The notes under the pieces are model-generated. The model searched no databases. It worked only from the letters and a program-made list of their open reading frames with translations, and was not told the origin of the DNA. A program made the translations under genes and the position numbers. Source: Amoebophrya sp. A120 (taxonomy: Eukaryota > Protista > Dinoflagellata). From it: a stretch of 64,000 nucleotides of DNA. The stretch is taken from the NCBI GenBank assembly GCA_905178155.1, contig CAJINV010000008.1:3043303-3107302 (forward strand), written 5' to 3'. This document shows, in pieces, positions 61,501 through 64,000 of the stretch; the stretch's first letter is position 1; each line of letters opens with the position of its first letter.

Positions 61501-64000
61501 GCCGGATGACCAGAACCACGAAAGCAAGGAGGATCAAACCGCGAGCGCGCGACACAAGGGCATTGACCTGCCAAAACGCTTCCGGTGGCTGCGAGAGATG
61601 GTGCTGCGGCAAAACCGGAAAAAGATCTTGGCGAAACATGCCAAAATTATCCAGGAAGAGAGAATGAAGTCGAATGTGGATTACGGCTTTGGAGACTTTC
61701 TATTCACGACGGGGCTGTTTGAACTACCTTCCGAGGAGAAAGACTGTGCAGCGACGACTACCTCAACAAGATATACGAGCACTTCTGGTTCCGATGGCGA
61801 CACTTCTACTTCATCCGGTTCAGCGTCGAAACATTCATGCTCCTCCTCTTCGTCCTCAGACTCTTCCGCTGCAAGTCAAAGGAGCTACAAAATCCGACGC
61901 AAGGACTTTCCGGAAAGCAAGACCTACAAGCACCTCCTGCGAGCCTGCCAAGCATCAAAAACGACGACGGCGAATTATAGAAAGACGCAACAAGAAGGGG
62001 AAACGAGTTGCAGTCTTGTCGGTGCCGGCCACCGCGTCAAGCAGCGTCGGAGCGGATCTTCGGGATTGTACTATCACTACAACGCGCACCACCAGGAGGC
62101 TCGGGAGCAACGCGCACAGGAGGAAATAATCAGGCGACTTGCGCCAGTGATCGAGAAGATTTTATTCAAGAGGTGCCGCCGAGCGGAAGCAGAGGGAGAG
62201 GCTGTCGGTTTATTCTACTCGCTATGTGATCATAGAGGGGCTGATTGTAACGAAAAATATCAGGATGATGTTCTTGAACAGGAACAAGCGCACAACACCA
62301 ATTTACATAAGCAGCATGTCCTTCGCTATTTTCGAGACACCATCACGGAGAAGCAACTGGATTCCTTTCTCCCGTCTTTGGAGTACCTCTACAAGCGAAA
62401 ACAGATCAGTGAAAGCGATTACGAGTTTCTTGCCGCGCAGGGTCGGGTCGCCCTCAAGCGGCTGGTGTGGTTTCGCCATGAGCTTTTCAAGTTCGAAAAG
62501 AAGCGGCGGAAAGAGATGGAGTGCCAGTTTGTGTCGGAGTGGCGGGAGCATTCGGACCGGTATTTGGAATTGCGAAATTTCCGCATGGACCTCATGGACG
62601 AAGAGCAAGAAGCTGAAGAGGACCAGGACAAAAGTGACGACACGGGATCGGACGAGGGTGATGCAGGAGGTATAACAGATACAAGAACCCGCAAAACCTC
62701 GTCCAAAGCAACCGACCACGAAAAGAAAACCGCGGCCGTAACGGCGAATCCAGATTCCGACGCAGCTGGTGCTCCTGTTGAGAGGACCATGATCAAGACG
62801 GTCGTGGAGCCGAAAAAGAAAGACGACGCAAACGACAGCGACAGAACTTCTCGCATTTCATCTAAAGATGTTGATAAGTGCGATGGTGAACAAGGTGTCC
62901 AAGAGCCCGCCAAAGAAGATGAAGAAACAGAAAGCAAGGATTCTCCACCTGCGGTTGATGCTACGGAGTTAGCTATGCGAATGCTGCACTCCGAGGAGGA
63001 GCAGCAAAAGCAAGACAGCACGAGGAAGCTCCGCGCTTTTCTGCGTCGCTTGGAGCACAAATGCCGTTTGAACGAGGAACGCAAGTACAATGCACCGGGA
63101 CGAGTTGCGAGACGCGACGAAGCTCTTCTTGCAGAATTCGATTTGTTCCGGAAAATTGAACACGGCAGAAAGCGCGTTTCCTCTTCGGCACCAGTAGCCA
63201 CTTTGGACGCGGCTGAAGTTGTGGCTGATCTGCCAAGGTCAACATCGACGTTTAGCGAACATAATACCTCCGACGTCCACTCGCGAGGTTTCACTTCCTG
63301 CGACAGGATGTTTTTCTGCAACGACGAGGAGCACGAACTGTTCCTTCGGTTTCTCACGAAGAAGCACCAAGGCAGGTCGGGTTCCGGCGTCATTCGTGAC
63401 CGTATTTTGGCAGCCGCAAGCCTAGGTCTTGCGGGAGACGAAAGCGAGCGGGAATATTGGGCGCTGATGCAGAAAGACCTGCGGGTTCTTCAACCAGAAC
63501 CATGTGGAGACAAGGGTGACGACCACTCCAGCGCGACTGGTGGAAAAAGAAAAAAGGAAAGCGAGCAAGCAGTTCTTGGTGACACCAGCGCGGTAAAGAC
63601 CCGACTGGACGCGTTTTTCGCTGCGGAAAGAAAGGAACAGGAAAGAAAGCGTGTCGTGCAGCGACGAGCTACAGAGGATGAAAGCGAATTGGATCACAAT
63701 CACCCGCCGGACGGAGGGCTGGGGGAGCAGCGGAGGGCGTGCTCGCTGATCATGAAAGAGGACACTAGTAACAAGGATGCAGACCAGAATTATGTGAGTG
63801 ACGCGCTTTCTGGCGGCGCGAAAGGAAACGAGCACACTGCGTCGGCGATGCAAGATCGCGTGGCTGCGTTGTACTCCTCTGCGCGGGGTGCAGGAGCAAC
63901 AGAAAGTCCCCGATCAAGAATCGGTGGAAGTAGGGGGGCAGTTACTTCTTCTACATTGAACGCTGCCAGCACGACAGTACCATCGCCACCACATCATCAT
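43523..64000 (+). CDS. Gene C (3'-partial): giant (>5,000 aa) low-complexity/coiled-coil protein of unknown function
   Basis: ORFs 44103, 45878, 46359, 47488, 48759, 50721, 52809, 55509, 58534 and 60545, plus an open frame from 61500 that appears to run to the window end, join in frame after removing 14 TIR introns. Start codon uncertain; no recognisable domain. Confidence 0.7.
43602..43930. mobile_element. TIR introner (family 1)
   Basis: DR GCTTG/GCTAG; frame restored. Confidence 0.8.
45569..45889. mobile_element. TIR introner (family 1)
   Basis: Exact DR CTGGA. Confidence 0.88.
46117..46451. mobile_element. TIR introner (TATCCTGAGAAAAAACGTCCCC type)
   Basis: Exact DR TCCGA; joins ASD-YSW. 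Confidence 0.9.
46852..47064. mobile_element. TIR introner (family 2)
   Basis: About 29-bp TIR, exact DR TCAGA. Confidence 0.92.
47081..47461. mobile_element. TIR introner (family 2-like)
   Basis: DR ACAAC/GCAAC; only 16 nt from the previous element. Confidence 0.78.
48360..48764. mobile_element. TIR introner
   Basis: DR CGTGC/CGGGC; joins SRRA-YVCG. Confidence 0.78.
50388..50727. mobile_element. TIR introner (family 1-like)
   Basis: Exact DR CCTAC; joins RYSY-LREIK. Confidence 0.85.
52674..53013. mobile_element. TIR introner (family 1-like, old)
   Basis: DR TACTG/TTTTG; joins QELL-GGIA. Confidence 0.68.
54948..55299. mobile_element. TIR introner (degenerate)
   Basis: DR CAGCT/AAGCT; frame restored into ORF 55509. 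Confidence 0.7.
58276..58463. mobile_element. TIR introner (family 3, old)
   Basis: Right end gagtacgatacttttgcaaaggata; DR GAAAA/GATAC; frame restored into ORF 58534. Confidence 0.7.
59731..60018. mobile_element. TIR introner (family 1)
   Basis: Exact DR AGAGG. Confidence 0.9.
60119..60550. mobile_element. TIR introner (family 5) with an internal 92-bp insert
   Basis: Exact DR GACGA; internal 18-bp duplication 60393-60410 / 60503-60520. Confidence 0.9.
60895..61159. mobile_element. TIR introner (family 1)
   Basis: Exact DR GACTA; close copy of 1394-1681. Confidence 0.92.
61209..61494. mobile_element. TIR introner
   Basis: tatcatacagaag / ttttctgtaggata; DR GTGGC/GTGGA; frame restored. 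Confidence 0.8.

Noticed and set aside
1-64000. Universal AG acceptor formed by terminal ATA plus G
   Set aside because: It holds only when the TSD starts with G; many start with C, A or T (CGAAT, AAGGT, TCGAA).

Overview
Eukaryotic, non-bacterial DNA. The architecture matches what is reported for parasitic Syndiniales dinoflagellates (Amoebophrya-like); this is an inference from co-oriented genes, non-canonical inverted-repeat introns, a spliced-leader-like relic and TTTAGGG repeats. The ORF track looks fragmented, but the window resolves into three very large + strand genes: (A) <1-22277, a protein with at least 13 EF-hands and a C-terminal membrane anchor; (B) 25540-41171, a protein of roughly 3,600 aa with a C-terminal Munc13/PATROL1-type (MHD1-MHD2) region; (C) about 43523 to beyond 64000, an unknown low-complexity protein of over 5,000 aa. 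About 46 MITE-like introner elements interrupt them. They are mostly 150-560 bp, belong to at least 6 terminal-inverted-repeat (TIR) families, nearly all read TAT...ATA, and are flanked by 5-bp direct repeats of arbitrary sequence. Removing each element plus one 5-bp repeat restores the reading frame wherever I checked by hand, and there is no consistent GT-AG. The same element works in either orientation, and unrelated families share a GCATNACAA motif, often 35-45 nt from the 3' end. One introner in gene A is split by a 9.24-kb APE-RT-RNase H non-LTR retrotransposon with a divergent SGDD reverse transcriptase and a 1.1-kb foldback in its 3' UTR. All coordinates and splices were derived by eye and need RNA-seq confirmation.
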